Source: Octopus vulgaris (lineage: Eukaryota). From it: a stretch of 64,000 nucleotides of DNA. Both the position numbers and the translations under genes were made by a program. Positions 43,196 to 57,212 of the stretch are shown here, in pieces. Position 1 is the stretch's first letter. The number at the start of each line of letters is the position of its first letter. The stretch is from assembly GCA_951406725.2 (NCBI GenBank), contig OX597814.1, forward strand, positions 221,402,001 to 221,466,000, written 5' to 3'. The notes beneath the pieces were generated by a model. The model worked only from the letters and a program-made list of their open reading frames with translations, did no database searches and was not told the origin of the DNA.

Positions 43196-43919
43196 TGTTA
43201 TTTTCTTACGACTACAATATCGCAGTGCGTTTGCTATTGCCGACAATAGATAAAGAATACACTGTAAGAGTGTTATACCAATACAAAATAAGAACGGCGG
43301 CAGTATCGAATACGTAACGAACGAACAATCAATATTTCCAACACACTAATTCGATCTGTAAACTGACTCTGGACTTCGAAGACCAAACTCCGAACTGCCG
43401 ACTTAGTCAAACCGCTATTATTTATCTGTAGTGGTCTCGTCTATTCTTATTTTATGGTCTTGTACTTTCGCCACATCTCGCCATTTGAGATTTCGAGTTC
43501 CAAAGGAATAAAGAAATTTAATTTTAAAATTTTTTTAGCATGGCTCAGTGGTTAGAGCGTCGAGCTTACGATCGTGAGGTTGTGAGCTCGAATCCCGGAC
43601 CGGGCTGCGTGTTGTGTTCTTGAGCAAGGCACTTTATTTCACGTTGCTCCAGATCACTCAGCTGTAGAAATGAGTTGCGACGTCACAGGTGCCAAGCTGT
43701 ATCGGCCCCTTTGCCTTTCCCTTGGATAACACTGGTGGCATGGAGAGGGGAGGCCGGTATGCATGGGCGACTGCTGGTCTTCCATAAACAACCTTGCCCG
43801 GACTTGTGTCTAGGAGGGTAACTTTCTAGGTGCAATCCCATGGTCATTCATGACCGAAGGGGGTCTTTACCCCTTTAATACCAGTGCCTGGTATGATTAT
43901 TATTATTATTATTATTATT

Positions 43920-43994
<75 letters not shown>

Positions 43995-46900
43995 ATTATT
44001 ATTATTATTATATTTTTGGCCTGGGCCTTACATCAAGGTGTTCGGTCTGCTTCCGTTTTCTCATACTGGTCTACGAGACGCCATTATTTTCGGTTCTGGA
44101 ACATGGAATACATCAACAATAGTTCCATAAGAATTTCTCTTCGTTCTTCGGTACGTCTTTTCTTTAGCTGATTTATGTGTCATTAATGTTCCCACCGTGG
44201 TCCTTTAATAAGATACAGCACACAGTTCCTTTTTTTTTTTTTTTTTTGTTACAAGGCCATCCGCCAGACTTCTTTACTTTTTCTGCAGGTTTTAAAATCC
44301 ACTTTATCTCCTACTTCGAAATATTTTCTTGCATCTTTCATATTTCCTTTACATCTTATTTCCTGGCAATAACTTATCAAAAATCAATTTTATTCTTCTC
44401 GTGAACATCAACTCTGCGGGTGACATTCATGAATTTGTACTTGGATTGGCGGTTACTCAATTTACCATTAAGAATTTTGTAAGTACTTTGTCGTTATTTA
44501 ATTCGTGCCTAGCCTTTCTTAATGGTCTTTTGAACGTGTCTACGAATCTCTTTACCTGCACTTTTGATCTCGGGTGGTAGGGTGGAGTGAAAATATGCTT
44601 TATCGCATGCATTTAACAGAAGTTCTTGGATTCATACCCCGAGAATATTGTTCCATTATCAGAGACTAACGTGTCTGGAACAGCGTATAGCGCAAACAAT
44701 TTATATAGGTATGTTATGGTTGTCTTAGCTGTTGGTTTATTGCAGCTGCATACCCCTGGCTACTTTGTACTGTCTACCACGATTAGATAGTAAGCGCCGT
44801 TCACCAGTCCGGCGTACTCTATATGTAACCTAGACCATGGGTTCTCAGTCTCCAGCCGAGATTGTTATTTTATCGGCGAAGCTTTGGTCGCGAGCGCGCA
44901 ACCTCGACAGGTTCGCGTCAAATTTTCGATATCCCGGTCCATAGTTGGTCAATAGACATAGCTCCTCATCAGAGCTTTCATCCTCGACATTCCCAGGTGT
45001 CCGCTGTGGAATTGCTGCGATACATTTTTGTAATGTAGTTGGTACTAAAACTTTTTGCTCATACATCAGAATATCATCGTATATTGAGAAACTACAAGAA
45101 TTTGTATTTTTATTCTGCTTATTTTCTAAATGTTTTTTTCATTTTTGTAATATACTCATCGCCTACAGATATCATTCTTATATCCTGTGCTGTCACTGGC
45201 AGTACTTGAACAATATTAGCCAAAATACTTTTTTTTTCATTTTCTGCCTGTAATGCGGCTATCACGGTATCTTCAAGTGGTTCCGTATTTTGGGGAATCA
45301 GTCTCTATAGACAGTCTGCATGACCAATTTTTTCGGTCGAATATACTGCATTTTAAAATTGTAATTTAGTAGTATACCCCAACGTTGTAGCCGTTTCGCT
45401 GCACGGGTAGGTAACCATTTTTTTACCCATAAATTGATAGCAATATTCGATGATCTGTTTGTAATAGAAAATTTCTACCATGTAGAAATCTGTGAATTTT
45501 TTCAGCCGCTAGATAATCGATAGTGCTTCTTTTTCTATCTAACTGTATTTTTCCCTGCCGCTATCAGCGAGCGCAAAACATGAATCCCTGGTTTCGTACT
45601 TCCACTTTTATACTTGAGTAGCAACACTCTTCCTGCTCCATATTCCGAAGCATCAGACGCTACAACAATGTCCATTTCAGGATTGAAATGCGTTAGAGAC
45701 AAATCTGCGATTAGAATTTTTTTATTTCTTCAAATGAGTTTCGGCATTTAACCGGCCAATTCCCCTTAACTTCCTTTTTTTAAATAAGTCATTCATTGCA
45801 GCTCTTAATTTGTGCATGTTAGGAATGTAGCTTGGGTAGTAGTTTGCCAGCCCATAAAAGGCTAGTAATGTAGGTATATTTGTCGAAGCAGGCATATTAT
45901 TTAATGCGTTAGCCTTCGATGGGTCAGGCCGTCCACCATTTTTATCAGTTGTTTGCCCTAAGTACTTAATTTGAGGCAAAAAAGAATTCGCATTTTTCTT
46001 CTCTCAAAGTGAACAAGTACTCTTTAATTTTCTTAACACAGCTTTTATATGCTCTACATGCCGTTCCTGCGAATTACACTTAATAGATATATCGTCCAAA
46101 TAAGTGATTTCAAATTCACAATCAGATAACAGCAGCCATGATTTGCTGAAATATTGTAGAAGCAGCTTTTAATCGAAAAAGTAAGCGGTTACATATGTAC
46201 AATCCTTTATGTGTATTTATTGTCAGATACTTTGAGCATTTGTCATTTAATGTAATCTGTAAATAAGCGTCAGACAGATCCAATTTGGAGAAACATTTTC
46301 CATCAATTAAATTTGTACTCGAGGAAACATCTTTTTCAATTTCCTCTTCATTTCCTCAATCGATTTATTTTTTAAAGGGACAAACATTTATGCTTTTGCT
46401 GTAGAGGCTTATGGGGAAGTGCCATAAGTCAAATAACTTCAACCAATCTGTACCAAACTGATTGATATTATTCTCCACAGCGAATATTTTTGCTACGCGT
46501 GTTTCTCCTCAAAATCTAACGTCTGTACATATTTCGCCCATGAAATGTAATTTATCGTCCGTCACGCCCCACGCAATTTTTGCTGTTTTATGTAACCCCG
46601 GTTTCTCGATTTTTCTTCTCGTATCCGCATTTATGATTGAAATATCACTATCCATATCCAACTGTAGTTTAATATTTACACCATTTATCTTTCCATATAC
46701 GAATTGTCTTCTTTTTGTGTCGTATTCATTTTCTGCGGAAAATACCTCCTGAGAACTTTTTGCGTTCGATCCCCGTAATCTTGTCCTGCAATGTGACCTC
46801 TTGTGACCAAGTTTCTGACAACTATAGCGTTTTCGGTTTTTAAACGAACACTCTTTTCTGACGTATAGGTCTCCGCATCCGTAACATGGATTGGGACATG

Positions 46901-47830
46901 GCACCCTTTATTGGTTGTACTTTCCGGGTCGACATATCTGTGTTTTTGCAGAATGTTGCTCTTTAATTTTTTCCCGCTGTGCTTCAATTTTACCATTGTT
47001 TGACATTCTTCAGCAATGGTTTGTAGGGTTAAGTCTTGGTTTTCTTGCTCCATTTTTGAGAGAATTCTTGCCCGAATTTCTCTATCATCTGTTGCCGTTA
47101 GGCCACGTACGAAGATAAGCGATTTAAATTTATCCTGAGTGAGTTCCTAAAGTTTAAAGTTTTCATACATGTGGTTGACTACTCCACCGCATGTTATAAA
47201 GTCATCATCGTTATTCTTTCTTACGTTCCAGTATTCCATTCAAGTGTTACATAACGAACATTTGTCACAAAATATCTTTGATAGTAATTCAATAGTTACT
47301 TGGAAATAAATCCCACTCGACGTTTTGTGCAATATAAAGTTACAGTAGCGTTCATGCTCAACCGGAGCTACCTTGCGTAGTAATAGCTTCACTTTCTCCT
47401 CATCCGACCATGACTTGCAATCTTTGTTAAAAATTTTCTCGAACCTTCTATAGTACGTAGGAATCGTAACACCGTCCACCGGGTTGCAAGTGAGTTCAGA
47501 AATCGAGTTTGCCACGTCGTCTGGCGTAAACTAACTTACCGAATTTTCGGACTTCCTTGACTGTAATTAAATTAACTGATGTTGTTGTAATATTTGCTTC
47601 TGCAACTCCTGTAGTTATTCCTGTTGCTTCTCTTGAAACTGTAATTCTGCAGCTAATAGGTTCTCCATAATCGAACAATTTGTATGACGCACAATTCGTC
47701 AAATAACCTACGTGAGTTTCGAAGAATCGTCGTCACCAGATGTTACATCCTAACATCTCCAATATCGTAGAACGTTTGATATTGCCGACGATAGATAAAG
47801 AATACACTATAACAGTGTTATAACAAATCT
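43196..47830 (-). mobile_element. Decayed Ty3/Gypsy LTR retrotransposon (K02A2.6-like)
   Basis: gag (WSDEEKVKLLLRK, two zinc knuckles), protease LQLDMDSDISII, RT FSKLDLSDAY/YLDDI/IKYLG, RNase H VASDASEYG, integrase (YVYWPT-like, PWSRLHI). LTR at about 43196-43474 is similar to the partial LTR at 47741-47830; PBS-like TGGTGACGACGA next to 47741. Confidence 0.9.
43538..43878 (+). mobile_element. tRNA-derived SINE, family C, inserted in the Gypsy 3' region
   Basis: TGGCTCAGTGGTTAGAGC..CTCGAATCCC head and TTGAGCAAGGCACTTT central segment. Confidence 0.88.
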
Positions 47831-47844
47831 TGGTTCAAATCACT

Positions 47845-48960
47845 AAAATAGACCGTCTTCCTATCGCTGTGGAGGTCTTCCAAATCACCTTTCCCGATCT
47901 CTTGAACACTACTAAACAACATAGCGGTCCGCCTGATGTATATGTGCCTTGCGGCATGTCCGGCCTACCTGAACTGGTGCTTTCCGTATTCCGCGACCAT
48001 ACCGTTTAATCTGTTCTCTAATAATTTCGTTTCGAATATGCTCTTGTAACAATATTCCTAGCATGGATCTTTTCACGGCCTTTTGCATTGTATCCCCTTC
48101 ATGGTAGCCCACATCATATCTGCATATAAAGAGCGAAGTTAGGACGGTGCTACTGAAAAGTATGGCACGTATGCTATTGTATACCTCTGTTTTGAACATA
48201 TCCTTTAATGCCCTTATTCTCTTTGGGATGTCGGCACCAATATTTTGGCGCATATTCACTGTAAGCAAAATAGAAAACTGGTTTAACACCTTGATTTCAT
48301 CGCCTCCCATCTCTATTTGTCCTACTGCTACATCTTCCGACTGTATAGACTTTGTTTTTATGCGCTCTATTTCAAGGCCTACTACTGATTTAAGAGTGCT
48401 CAGCTCTGTCACTGTGGTCTTCAGTTGGTCTGTGGTTTCAATAATGAGTACAATGTCTCCTGCGAATCGGAGACGTTAGTTTCTGGCCATCAGTGTTCAT
48501 GCCTCTTGTGCAGTCAATGTCATTGATGAACATTTAAACATCCAGTAAAGAGCTTTGGATAGATGGTATCTCCTTGCCTAAAACCCTTCCAAATTGGAAA
48601 ACGTATTGATAGTAATAGCAGTGCTATATCTAAAGTGTATCCAGAGTTCGCATCGCCGGACCGTTTGACACTTGGGATTATCCAGGGGTCAAAAATCGCG
48701 TTCATCTCGACGTTTGAAAAGCCTTTTCGTAATCAAGAAAAGCAATACACAGATGAAACTTGTATTCGTTCACTCGTTCCATTATCCCTGTTAGAGAGAA
48801 TGTCATCTATAGTTCCAACGGAAAGCTACTTGCCCTCCCTGCTGCTGGTCATCGTGATGTTTCTGGTGGCTATGATCTTTGAAAACCGCTCAGAGACGTA
48901 TTTATTAAGTTGGCTTACGAACACAAGGGAATTTATGATGAGGTTGTTCTTTTTGTGAGA
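47845..48960 (-). mobile_element. RTE-clade LINE remnant
   Basis: AFLDYEKAF, GFRQGDTIYPKLF, LRFAGDIVL, RSMLGI..IRNEIIR. Confidence 0.85.
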
Positions 48961-48980
48961 TTAGTAATAGTATTTATTTG

Positions 48981-49371
48981 TGGAGGCGCAATGGCCCAGT
49001 GGTTAGGGCAGCGGACTCGCGGTCATAGGATCGCGGTTTCGATTCCCAGACCGGGCGTTGTGAGTGTTTATTGAGCGAAAACACCTAAAAAGCTCCACGA
49101 GGCTCCGGCAGGGGATGGTGGTGATCCCTGCTGTACTCTTTCACCACAACTTTCTCTCACTCTTACTTCCTGTTTCTGTTGTACCTGTATTTCAAGGGGC
49201 AGGCCTTGTCACTCTCTGTGTCACGCTGAATATCCCCGAGAACTACGTTAAGGGTGCACGTGTCTGTGGAGTGCTCAGCCACTTACACGTTAATTTCACG
49301 AGCAGGCTGTTCCGTTGATTCGGATCAACCGGAACCCTCATCGTTGTAACCGACGGAGTGCTTCCACCCAC
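48981..49371 (+). mobile_element. tRNA(Arg-like)-derived SINE, family D, full length with 12-bp TSD
   Basis: GGCGCAATGGCCCAGTGGTTAGGGC..GGTTTCGATTCC head; AGTATTTATTTG at 48969-48980 and 49372-49383. Confidence 0.92.
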
Positions 49372-49841
49372 AGTATTTATTTGCTTTTAATTCGAGAGAT
49401 TTTGGTTGCGATTAGTTTGTAGGTATAACATGGAGTTGGCTGGTTCAACTGGTATTTTGATATAAGCCTCAACTTATTTATTACAAAAGCAACGGCAAGA
49501 GATAAATTCATGGTATCAGTGAGATACTGTTCGAATAAATTTAGTTGTATGGCAACGGATTATGCAAGAGATGGAGTTTGCAAAAAGGATTTTCATTTGT
49601 AAATGAAGCTTTTGATTCATAGAGAGCAGTTTTTCAGGATTCTCTTCGTTGTTGAATTAAATGATGAAAACAATGGCAGTATCAATTAGTGGGATTTAAT
49701 ATTTTACAGTAAATCACTTTATCTATTGTTTAGGCGTTGTAATTAAGAACAAAATGTCTAGCAGCATATAAAATATATGCGCAGAATATATACATACACA
49801 CACACGCACACACACACACACACACACACATACATATAGTG

Positions 49842-49918
<77 letters not shown>

Positions 49919-49941
49919 TACAGACAGACAGACAGACAGAC

Positions 49942-50006
<65 letters not shown>

Positions 50007-50799
50007 TTCATATGAATATGTATACATGCATGATATGCCTTTGCATAAATAAAAAATTCTTGCATAAATGCCGGGAAGAAAACAAGGGGAGCGTATAGCA
50101 GTGAGTCACAAAAGAATAAATAGGAAAGAATAAAGAAACGTAATGAAATATGAAGAGACCTTACAAAGGGACGATAGAAAAGAATAGGAAGAAGGCCGAG
50201 GCCATTTGCGGAACTGCGGAAACAATACTGGGATTAGCTGTGGTATCAGTATGGAGGAAGTTTGCTAATTAGGAAGGAGTGTGAAAGCGTGTATGCTATT
50301 GTTGGGTATGCGACTATGTAAAACAATCAACGGAGAGGCAATAAACAAAAGCAGAAAGTTACTGAGATTGGAGAAAAATTGTGAAGAAAGTATGCATATG
50401 ATCTGAATGTATGTAAATCGAATAACAATATATATTAGATTTTTCCTCTAACAAAACTTTCTGCCAGAAAAAGAGACTGCTGAAGCTGTACGCTAGCGAC
50501 TATAGTGTTGTATACAGCAACCCTTGAAGTGATGCTGCCGACCTTCGTGATGAATTATTTAAGCTGTACGCAGTGTCATGAGTGGGAACAGCATTTTAAG
50601 TCAACCATGTCCACAGAAGACCGTCCCAATCCGGATCCGGATCATACCCAACGACAATGGACATTCCAAATTGTGTTGCGTTTTGCACTCCAGGAAAATA
50701 GTCATGTGAAGTTTGTGTAGTAGGCATCTGTAGAAGTTTGTCACGCAAGATGAAAAAAAAAAAGAAAACAAAAGAATATATGCCTGCTCCTTCTTCCTA

Positions 50800-50950
50800 C
50801 AATAAAACTTGGTGATAAAACTTGGATATAAGGTTCTAATTTCAATAGTGCTGGATATTCTCCCCGACTTCTTGTCCAAAAAGAAACATGTCAAAATCGG
50901 TCAAATATGAATGCAATGTTGATAGAACTGTACATTGGTGAGAAGCACAT
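50800..50950 (+). mobile_element. Possible Penelope GIY-YIG remnant
   Basis: KYECNVD..YIGE across a frameshift. Confidence 0.35.
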
Positions 50951-51129
50951 TCTTCATAACAAAATAAGATAAAGAAGGGGAACAAAATCGAAATGTTGGG
51001 ATGGAGAGAGAAACATGTATATTAAGAGTACAGAGAAAACGGTTGATAGGTTCTCGCATTAATATACAGAATACTGACAGTTGCTAGTCATTTTCGAAAT
51101 ATCTTTGATCATAACAGGTACTGAGTTAC

Positions 51130-51385
51130 CTTCGACATAAAATGTAGGAAAATTTCATAGAACTTAAGAGAAAAAAATATAATAAAATGTAAAAAATGAT
51201 AAATATAAGATAAAACCAAAAATAAAATAAACAGATGGAAGGATTTAGAAGAAAAAAAGCTTCGACATAAAACGTGAGAATATTTCATAGAACTTAAGAA
51301 AAAAAAAAGATAATAAAATATAAAAAATGATAAATATAAGATAAAACCCAAATTAAAATAAACAGATGGAAGGATTTAGAAAAAA
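51130..51385 (+). repeat. Tandem duplication, 2 x ~130 bp
   Basis: CTTCGACATAAAA..GATGGAAGGATTTAGAA repeated. Confidence 0.9.
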
Positions 51386-52048
51386 ACCCCATTTAATTTG
51401 ATAAAAGAAAGAAAAGTTGCTTTAATGCAGTTAGTAGCACCTGCGCTTGATCTAGAGACGAAACATGGTTGGGGCATGCAGGCTGCTTTCGAGAATGTTT
51501 CCATTAAGAAGGAAGAAGGCCAATGTGTCGCATGTTCTTATCAAAACAGTATTTTCTTCGAGTTACTTCGCTGATAAAAACTATTTAATGTTTCCCATTT
51601 GCATTCAAATAATTAATGTTTGTTTCGCGTATAATTATTGGCGAAAGCTGCCAAATATTAATTGACAGATCACACTACAAACTTCAGAAATGTATTCCAG
51701 GTTAATAATGACTTCGAAGTTTCGAATTAGTTGTAAATTTTAAGGTTCGAATTGCATATGTAGCTTAATAATGTATGAATGGAAATGTATATAAATATGA
51801 ACACACAAAAATACACATGCTTAGCATATTTTAAAAAAATCCGATGATTAAAAATTGTTTTACATACAAAATTTAGAGGAATGACCACTAAAAGTGGACA
51901 GCCTATATGCTAAACATAGACGTCAAATCGCCATTACTACGAAGAATATGTTCTCAAGAAAAATCTCAGCAGAAAAACAAAATGTAAAAATAAGCAGGGC
52001 AAATGAAAATATACAAAATAAAAAATGCTATCAATAAAAAAGGATTAC

Positions 52049-52122
52049 CTATGTACCATTGGTTTCATTTGTTAATATTTACGTATATAGATACGCAAAC
52101 ATCTGCAAGACCATCAGCATAG
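52049..52122 (-). ncRNA. Type I hammerhead ribozyme motif with long stem II
   Basis: Minus strand CTATG-CTGATGG-[stem II including ATGTTTGCGTA/TACGTAAATAT]-GAAAC-CAATG-GTA-CATAG; perfect 5-bp stem I; A9 is changed to G. Confidence 0.7.
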
Positions 52123-52345
52123 TCTGTCGTTTACAAAACACAATTTCCAGAACTAGATACAGAACGCTTAAACGAAATCTATCATGTATAAAGTTCTACA
52201 AATTATATTTATGTGTATCTTTCAAATGTCTTCACTTTGGCGCGCTGAGATCGGAAACTACTCTGCTGTTAATAAACTACAGCAGTCAATTTACCTGTTA
52301 GAGAACATTTTTTATGGCGATTTTAGTGGTCAGTCCTCTAAATTT

Positions 52346-52393
<48 letters not shown>

Positions 52394-52428
52394 CACACAC
52401 GTGTATATATAATTACATATGTAAAATA

Positions 52429-52767
52429 GAGTGATGTGAAATAATAAAGTGTCCTGCTCAAGAAGACAATACACAGATCGGTTCGGGAATAGAAATCGCA
52501 ACGTCACGCTTGTAAGCTCGTTACTGTAACCACTGAGCAATACATCCTCACTCAGCTGTAGGAACGAGTTGGGACGTCACATGTGCCAAGTTGTATAGGC
52601 TTTCGCATTTCCTACGGACAACATCGGTGATGCGAATAGGACAGACTGGCATGCATGGGGAAGTACTGGTCTTCCACAAACAACCCTGCTCGGACTTGTG
52701 ACTCGGATGGGAATTTTCTAGGTGCAATCCCATGGTCACCCGTGACTGAAGGTTTTTTTTACCTTTA
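52429..52767 (+). mobile_element. SINE family C with inverted 5' part
   Basis: 52429-52540 is the reverse complement of the family C head; 52548-52767 is the forward body and tail. Confidence 0.8.
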
Positions 52768-53284
52768 TATACATACACACACACACGCACACATTATAAT
52801 TATTGGTGCAGCTATGAAAACACATTCCTATGTATCTATGTTATGTTTGCATGCATGTTTATGCTCGTACATTTATTTATACATATACGCGTGCTTGTGT
52901 TGTGAGTGCATTTAGTTATATATAGATATGTGTGTGTGTGTGCGCGAGCGTGTGCAAGTGTGTATATGTGTTTGTGTGTGCGTATATCTATGTGTCAATA
53001 TGCGTATAGCGATGGTTGTAACCTTGGAAGGGTGTATAAAAAATTTACAGAAACACTCGTGTATGTGTAAATTCATGCACTATCGATAACATATAAGGAT
53101 CAAATATTAATATCATACCTTATTTAAAATTGCCAATATTGAAAATATACATATTACGTATTTGAAGATATGTTTGGAAGCAAACGTTCAACACGAGCTG
53201 CAGAAATTCACTTATTTCGACTTGAGCACGCATACAACACCGGTGTTACATAATTCAGTGACCTTCCAACTTATAATATTGATT

Positions 53285-53900
53285 ACAAATTTTGGCACAA
53301 CTTCAGCAATTTCGGGGGAGAGAATAATTCGATTACATCGACCCGGATACTCTACTGGTACTTATTTTATTGAGTCTCAAAGGATAAACGGTAAATAAGG
53401 CGGCGGGCTGGCAGAAACGTTAGCAGGCCGGGCGAAATGCTTAGCGGTATTTCGTCTGCGTTACGTTGTGAGTTCAAATTGCGCCGAGGTCGACTTTGCC
53501 TTCCATCCTTTCGGGGTCGATAAATTAAGTACCAGTTACGAACTGGGGTCGATGTAATCGACTTAATACCTATGTCTGTCCTTGTTTGTTCCCTCTGGAA
53601 TTCTATCTCAGGACATAAAGACGGTCGAAATGCCGCTAAGTATTTCGCCCGACGTCCTAACGATCTTGCCAGCTCGCTGCCTTCTCCGAACTTATAATAT
53701 AAAACCAATCAACACCAAGCAAAATGTTCAACGGTATTTCTCCTGCCTTTACGTTCTTGGTTCAAATTCTGCCCATGTCATCTTACCCTCTCATCCTTTC
53801 AGAATTGATAAAATAAAACCCGTTAAACACTGTAATCAATGTAATCGACTTATTCACTCCCTCGAAATTGCTAGCCCTGTGTCAAAGTTTGAAGTCAGTA
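53285..53900. mobile_element. Cluster of SINE family B copies in alternating orientation
   Basis: Minus fragment 53285-53395, plus copy 53397-53595, minus head about 53615-53685, plus copy about 53720-53900. Confidence 0.8.
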
Positions 53901-54307
53901 TTAAACCAATCAATAATATCTGCTCCAAATGCAACAAGTTTCAAGAACAATAGTGGTTTATTGGTGTAGAAAGCTGTAAATGTTCCCCATATCGAAGTTC
54001 AATGAGCTGACAAAAGTTATTTTATAGTTCCTGGTTAGCAACCGGAGTTGCTAATTATGCGAATAAAAATCCAAGTTTAGGGAATGGAGCAGGTAAAATT
54101 TAGGCTACTTATGCATTGTAGCTAGCAGGACCTCGGAAGTAGTAATTACTCAACGAGGGGTACTTTATACACACACACTGACACACACAGACACACACAC
54201 ACTACGCGCGCGCACACACACACACACACTGAAAATTTCCTGGTTTGAAGGGTATCGCAAAAAACCTGATTGGACGCCCAGATTTCCGAGTTCTTTTACA
54301 GGGTTTA

Positions 54308-54671
54308 ATATTTATTACCTGTAAAAAAAACCTTATCACTTCGCACATATATCAAGAGCCTATATGATATTTTAAAGTGTAATGGAAGGGAGGTAATCAA
54401 GATGAACTTAATAATTTCACTAGATATACCATACTAGCTTTTATTTAACCTGCATAGATTATTGAGAAATTTTATAAAATAAATAATTTGAATAAAGTGA
54501 AATTTAAATATTTTTGAAACTTTGCTTTATAGGGTTGCATAAAATCCATATATCTAGTGAAATTATTAAGTTCATCTTGATTACATCTCTTCCATTACAC
54601 TTTAAAATATCTTATAGGCTCTTGATATATGTGCTAATTGATAAGGTTTTTTTTTACAGGAAATAAATATT
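54308..54671. mobile_element. Foldback/MITE with ~120-bp inverted arms
   Basis: 54308-54429 pairs with 54548-54671 with few mismatches. Confidence 0.88.
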
Positions 54672-57017
54672 ATGTCTAGCATATTCCTTTAATTTAACTC
54701 ATTAATGAAAATAATTTACTATTTACTAACTAAATATAAATCTATATTAATAATCTGATATATATATATATTTATAAATATGAAAGGATTTCCACACTCC
54801 CCATCCCTATATAAGATACTAAAATTTATTAGAATCCTTTGGAAAAAAACTATCTAAAGGATATTTATTTAAAATCACAAGCAGGTTTAAGGCTGTTAAA
54901 TGGTTAAGTGCATTAGAAATATCTATTCTCCTTACCCCACTAGCTTCAGCCTACTAACTTTACCTAAAATACATTCAAATGTGCCAAAGTTAAATTCCTC
55001 AGAAAAGGATTGACTTTGTGGTTCCGACATTTGAACTACCCCTTCCTCTATCTATAAATAGAAAGAAATCTTGTTTATCTCCACTGAACTTAGTAAAAAA
55101 AAACCTCCCCATTGGTAAATCTAAATAACAAAGTGAACTCAGTGATAAAAAATCTGCCAATGAGGAAAGATCTGCTACCGTGTTCTTACTGATGAAATTC
55201 ACCTCTGTGTCTATATATCTACCCTCTTTGTAATGTTGGCAAAAGGAAACCTTGTCAATTTAATTTTAAAAATTCCATATGCGGCTGAAGAGTGCTCTAC
55301 ATTGAAAACTGAAGTAATACTTACATTGTTTAATAAAATGAAGTAGCATGAAACGATTGTACTACACCACCTTTGGATATCCTTGTTGCTTATTTTGATT
55401 ATAATCACCCCATTTGATTTATATGGATAATACCATACCAAATTCTGCTGCTTTTAACTTAAGTACCATATTCATCGAAATCTAAATTTTTGGTGAACTT
55501 ATATATATATATATACATCTATCTACAAGCATTCATACATATGTACGTTATATTCATACATACACAAAGGGAGAGAGTGTGTGCGTGTTTGGAAGAGAAA
55601 AATCACGCAAATAACACGAGTAAGTTTATGAGGTAAAGAGTGAGACAAACGAAAGTTCGTGGTTGAAAACATTGTAGAAATGCAATGATGCCAAACGAGT
55701 GTACATACAGTAAGACACATCATATAATCTAACGTTCCGGATGATATGCTTTATCAAATAGGACCAAGGAATTAAGGGATACAATAGAAGAGAAAATATA
55801 TAGGGTACCAATACCTTTATCTATTTAACTGTCTCTTTGTATGTGTATATGTATCTGTCTGTCTATCTATCTCCCTTTCTCTCTCTCTTTCTCTTCTCTC
55901 TCTCTATATATGTATATGTATATATGTATATATGTATGTATATGTATATATATATATACGTCCTCATTTTTATGGAAGTATTATCTAATACTATTTAATA
56001 ATAAATAAGTTGAAAATATATCTTCAATTCTTTAGCATTTAAACCGACTATATGTAGCCAAAATATTCTACATGTTTGATGTTCACAGTGGCCTGATCTG
56101 GCCTTTCACACCAACCCTACAATGTCATTCTAAAAATAAAGTTACCTCCTCAAAATTCCATTCTACATTGTGAATAAGAAAGCTTTAGATTTGATAGAGT
56201 AATCTGAATGCTAAAATGGTCAACGAAGATAACGCTATTGTTATTGTGGATACGTGAGACTATCTCTACAACATAAAAGTTAAAGCTGGAACGTTGCTTG
56301 ATCAGCAGTAAGTATATCATAGATAGAAATACATTAGTGTTATAATATTAGTGTATGATGTGTTGGTTCGGCCCCAATGGAAATACGATTGATGCTAACA
56401 TACACTTCTTTAAGCTGATATTCGTACCACTGGCACTTTCGAATGTGTTAGTGGGATTTCTATACCATAGTTAATGGGATTTCTATGCCGTTGTTATTGA
56501 TTGATCCGTCATGTTTATCAAGCAAATATTGGGAGATTATTGATGAAAGTTTCCGTTCGATAAAGCCTTCTAATGTTCTTAGATTATTATACCTCCAGTC
56601 TACGCTACCAAAAGATCTCTCATTTTTGCTTCCTGAGTTTTGCATATAACTTCCTTATACACTTTGTATATAAAATATATACAATTTTTCTATTTGCTTT
56701 GATATCTGAGTTAGATTCTAAAGTTTTGAAATGTTTTATGCCCCTTCTATATTTTCACATAACGTATTTCCAAAAGACTAAGTTTTCGATATCTAATGGA
56801 TTTTCTTATTTATTTTCGTCTCTCATAAGGTTTTATACACTGATTAATTTTCATAATGAATTATTTGAACTGGCTGGCTACTTCACTCTTGTGTGTAGAG
56901 TATGTGAACATCATGTAAAGGTTTTTGAGAACTACTAAACAAACATTCTAATAATATTTGTAGATTTCATATGAGTAACTGAAGAATGGGCGTGTCAACC
57001 TATTACCCACAAGGGGC

Positions 57018-57212
57018 TAAACACAGAGCGGACCAACAAGGACAGACAAACGGATTAAGTCAATTATATCGACCCCAGTGCGCAACTGGTACTTATTTAA
57101 TCGACTCCGAAAGGATGAAAAACAAAGTCGACCTCGGCGGAATTTGAACTCAGAACGTAGCGGGAGACGAAATACTGCTAAGCATTTCGCTCGGCGTGCT
57201 AACGATTCTGCC
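57018..57212 (-). mobile_element. SINE family B
   Basis: Reverse complement of 53397-53595. Confidence 0.88.

Noticed and set aside
48981-49052. tRNA-like sequences here and at 43538 and 7860-7931
   Set aside because: They are SINE heads: no complete acceptor stem, they continue into SINE bodies, and one has a TSD.
56460-56645. 61-aa protein-like minus-strand ORF
   Set aside because: No recognisable motif and only weak splice signals.
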